Assembly: GCA_016748015.1 (NCBI GenBank)
Contig: JAAOMT010000218.1
Span: 41,877-54,302, forward strand
Reading direction: 5' to 3'
DNA length: 12,426 nucleotides
Origin: Geosiphon pyriformis uo1
Lineage: Eukaryota; Fungi; Glomeromycota
Under the pieces are notes generated by a model. It was not told the origin of the DNA. It made no database searches and saw only the letters and a list, made by a program, of their open reading frames with translations. Each line of letters starts with the position of its first letter. Within the stretch, counting starts at the first letter, position 1. Below are positions 8,411-12,426 of the stretch, piece by piece. The position numbers and the translations under genes are program-made.

Positions 8411-9320
8411 GTGGAATGGCAATATAGTAAATCAACTGTCTGAGAATAGACTTTGTGATAACCTGGTAAAAGAGGAAAGCTTCCTTTAGATTTTTGGATA
8501 TTAATGTTATCTTGATAGCTTACCAGAAGAACAAAAAAACAACACTGGACTTTAACAACTGTGCTCATTAGCTCAAAGAAAAAAGCTTACTTTTATAAGA
8601 AGTTGCAATTAGCAAGAACCAAAACTCTGTGTCTTATAACCAAAGAACTTAACAGATAAATTCACAACCAGTAAAATAAGACTTTTAGAGACTGATAATC
8701 AAGATTAAGCTACCAGAATTACATAAAACATGTCTTACCAATAATTGAGAGCACCAAACATTACCAATTTCTTATTTTACCAAGTTTATCCATAATAATG
8801 TATATAAGTTAGGTTTAAAATAAATCAATAAACATTTAAAATTATATAAAAAATAAATTCAGGTGTTAATTTCAGAGATAATTGTATTTTTTTTTATATT
8901 ATTAATTTTGGCAAACCATGAATAACTTTTAGAACAACTCCAAAGTAATAGTGCACAATTATTTTAATAAGAATTAGAAAGACAAATTCTGCCTTTTTTA
9001 TTTGCAAGATTTTGAGCAAATTCAAACTCAGGTTTTTATATTTACAATACCAAGTACTTATTATAATCAGAAAAATTTTCTAATTTGTCAATGAAAATCA
9101 TTTTTTTTATGGTAGTAAAAAAATTAGAAAAGTTTCTGGAAATAATTGTAGAACACTAAACAAAATTTGTGAAATATTACAACATTTAATTACTCTTTTT
9201 TTTTATAAGTTGCCACTGCTATTAAAAAACAATAATGGAACTATTATATTTGGTTTGTTGTTTGTGAGTATTATGAAAGTTTTAATAATAGTTGACATAT
9301 GGTACAGTACTGCTGCTCTT

Positions 9321-9374
9321 AGTGCTTTGGAGACTGGTAGTGCTTCAGAAACTGGTAATGCTTTGGAGACTGTT
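9321..9374. repeat. 3 x 18-bp tandem repeat
   Basis: agtgctttggagactggt / agtgcttcagaaactggt / aatgctttggagactgtt. Confidence 0.85.
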
Positions 9375-10449
9375 GCTGCAGGTATTGATTAAGTTACTTT
9401 GGATCAAACTTTGGCTAATAAAATTACTTTTTTTTGATATTGAGAAAAAAAATTAACAGAACTACAAGTAAGAATAATGGTCCAATGGGATCTTCTAGAA
9501 ACAGGTTTGTTAATAGAACATTGCTTGAACAAATTAACTAGGAATGGAGTTCAAATTTACTTTTCTTAGGAAAAAAAATGTGCCTAATAATAAAACTCAG
9601 AGCATAAAAATTCTGATATATACCCAATAAATACGTTTTTACATCAACTTTGGCATCCACAATTAAAAAAAAGCTTTATACTAACAATTATATTCATTAT
9701 TTGACTAATATTTAGTATTAGTAAGCAAAAGTTTAATTAATAGTTTTAAAGATATATTAAAAATCAACTTTTTTGGGACAAATAAATCCATGTTAAATGC
9801 TTTTCATAATCCAAACATAATTATGCAGAATGAAGATTTGGATTTAGACTCAACATATTATGTTTTAAAAATAAGTATATATAATACAATGGCAGCATTA
9901 GCATTAAGCCCAATTTTAATGGCTGATAAGATTTTTGTATGTGATTCAAATTTTTCAGCTTGTAGAAAATGTTGCAAATAAAAGTCAATAGAAAGAAGTG
10001 GCAAAGAGTCATATATTAAAAACTATTACTATTAAACAATTGACAATAGTAGTTGTCAAAGCTTTATAAAATTTATTCAGTGGTCTTCTCTTCAGCAGCT
10101 GGTAGATATCTCAACTGTGTGTTCAAATAATGAAATTGGATAGAGTTTAGAACCTTACAAGACATGTATTAGCAAAAAGACCTGACTCATAATCTTTACA
10201 TTATAGCTCTGAACAAAAATCTTGCTAAGCATTATATTGAACAATATGAGTATTAGTGTCACAATAACTGCAATTTATATTCCATGCCACTTTTGGACTG
10301 CATATATTAAAATCATCATCCACCATAGAAACAATCACATTATAAACATTGGATTTATAGTTGATATTTTCAAAAATACAAGTATTGTGTATTAACTAAT
10401 TACAGTTCCAATTATAAATAGTAATACACTCAATCCAACATAAACAAAA

Positions 10450-12426
10450 CTGTACATAATACAATATATTTTTAACTTCTTAAAGGATATTTATTAGGCT
10501 GTCACACAATTAACTTGATAAGCTTTGAAAACATGATTATTTAAAAGAGGTATTAGAAAGTTAATAATAGATAATAGTTGTGATTTTATTAACATATTTA
10601 TATTTTTTGACGATTTGCTTTTTTACTTGTTACTAAAATTGGTTTTCAAGTACTTAATGATGTTTTTTTAATTTGTCTTGCTTTAAAAAAGTCTATTTTT
10701 TTTATTTATGCAATTTTACTGAATTTTTTTATTTCTTTGCTTAATATTTATTTATGACCAATATCACAAAAAACATAATTAGAGACATTTGAATTTACAA
10801 ACTGTGTCTTTTTTATCTGAACTTAAAATTGATTTGATTCAGCAATAAAGCTAGGATGTGTATGAAACCTGTATATTTCACTTTTAGAATATCCAATGAC
10901 ATTAAAGAGATTAGTATACAATCTCTTAAATTTAATACAATTACACCTTACAATTTCTCAATACCATTGTAAAGATATAAAAAGAATCAACAATTTAAGT
11001 ATTTTGTTAAATTTTTCAAGTATTGTATTATGGCCTTGATGTTGATTTGAAAGTTTAGATTGAGAAATTACAATTTTTTTTTGAATTAGCTTGTAAACTT
11101 TAAACTTTAATTATAGTCATTGTTCTTTATTAACAATTTCAATTAATTGGTAAATAGAATGGTGTTGAGCAGACCAAATTGGTACAAACATTTGTCTAGC
11201 CATGAGTTTTAATGAAGATCTATTGAAACAAACTTCAATGCAAAAGTTAATAATTACTTATAAATAAAAAAAAACTTGTTCATATTTTAACCTAAATGTG
11301 GAATTTGTTTTATTTTGGGCTTATTTTAAGTAATCTTTAACAGATAAATTTTTTTTAGAAATAACATATGGCCATATTAATTTAGAAACTATTGCATGCT
11401 TATATATATTACATATTGAATTTTACAATTTATGATGATTAGAACATTTTTTAAAAAACTGCAGTTGACTTTCACTCTAATATTCCTGACATTGTATAAA
11501 GTATTTTATATTGATATTCTAATTCAGCTCAACAAATGTTTTTAGCATATTTATTTTTTTATAAAGAGCATCCAAAACTAATATAAACTAAAAAAAGTCT
11601 TTTTTGATTATTTGTGCATAATGATAAGATATTTCATTACATATTACTATAACCTATTTGCAGTTACTATTTTTAATGCCAAATAGTTCTTTAATATGCT
11701 CAAAAATCTTTTGAATATTGGCAATTGAATTTGGATTTATGACTATTGAATTAGAAACATATAATTATGACATATAAACCTCAATTTCTGAATACAATTG
11801 TGTATTTTTAAATGTATGAGAATGAGAAATGGGTTTTTTAGTGATATTAGCTGATTCATTTAATTGATTTATCTTAGTAATTGTTAATAATTTGTTATAA
11901 CATGCAGAACAAACTCACTTTTTATTATTAATATTAAACAATTGACAAGCTAAGTATTTTTTTAGAGAACCAATTTGGCTTTAATATTATATTAATTTAT
12001 CAATTATATTTGTTTTTTGATTTTTCTCTACACAAAGCTCTTCTAAAATAATAGTAAAATAATTAGTAAGTTCTTTATAAATTTCATTTATTATACCGGA
12101 AGTTAAAGAAAATAATTTCTCATATTTTTTTCGGAAAGTTTAGAATATAACCAAGGATTTTTATTTTAAATATTATTAATTTAATCATAATTAAAAGCAA
12201 CAAAATTTATAATAATATTGAATATAACTGTATTATATCCATAATCTAAGTAATTTTTTTAACCTTTTTGTTTATTATTAAAGACTAAAAATAAAAATCT
12301 TTTGGGAAGCTTTGACTGTTTTATAGTCAAACTTTCTAATCAGTTAATAAACTTTTTATAGCAACTGGAATTTATAATATGATTATCAATATCAATAATT
12401 ATTTTTAATCTTGCTACTGAATATTT
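10450..12426 (-). pseudogene. Decayed DDE transposase-like gene, DUF6589/Academ type; 5' part lies beyond the window
   Basis: The minus strand reads FLVFNNKQKG*KNYLD (from FDN, ~12282), NPWLYS, a zinc-ribbon-like YLAC...VCSAC, INPNSIANIQKIFEHI, VIVICNEISY (from CDG, 11641-11633), VLDALYKKINML (from PGxLHEEMNML, 11572-11543), CSNHHK, IWSAQHHSIY, HQGHNTILEKFNK (from DxxLEExN, 11041-11003). One frame runs from ~12130 to ~10985. That it is coding is well supported; the superfamily assignment rests on motif recollection. Confidence 0.7.

Noticed and set aside
8298-8489. 63-aa Phe-rich ORF
   Set aside because: Artefact of the T-rich tract; starts at TTG and spans the inferred LTR boundary.
10030-11948. 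17-nt direct match tattaaacaattgacaa at 10030-10046 and 11932-11948
   Set aside because: AT-rich, one copy lies inside the transposase reading frame, and the flanks do not align; probably chance and not a TSD.
1-12426. Alternative genetic code (stop-codon reassignment) explaining the many in-frame stops
   Set aside because: All three stop codons occur and replace different residues (Q, R, W), catalytic residues are also mutated, and frameshifts are present; this is pseudogenisation.

Overview
AT-rich, almost CpG-free eukaryotic DNA made up nearly entirely of dead transposable elements. The protein families and mutation pattern suggest a fungus, most likely Glomeromycota; this is inference from recalled family resemblance, not a search. 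Bases 1-~8324 are a 5'-truncated, heavily C>T/G>A-mutated Ty3/Gypsy LTR retrotransposon on the + strand with an unusually complex layout: long Gag with a CCHC knuckle, aspartic protease, a ~200-codon multi-CxxC insertion, a dUTPase with all five motifs, a second degenerate dUTPase-like fold, RT and RNase H, then a stop. An integrase follows in a different frame with its own ATG, then an extra ~270-codon ORF of unknown function, a polypurine tract and a probable ~575-bp 3' LTR. The LTR carries a phased 16 x 10-bp array that reconstructs to ACGCG sites. From ~10450 to the window end, the - strand holds a decayed DDE transposase of the DUF6589/Academ type. No intact gene is present; the ORFs in the supplied track are fragments of these pseudogenes or shadows of them.
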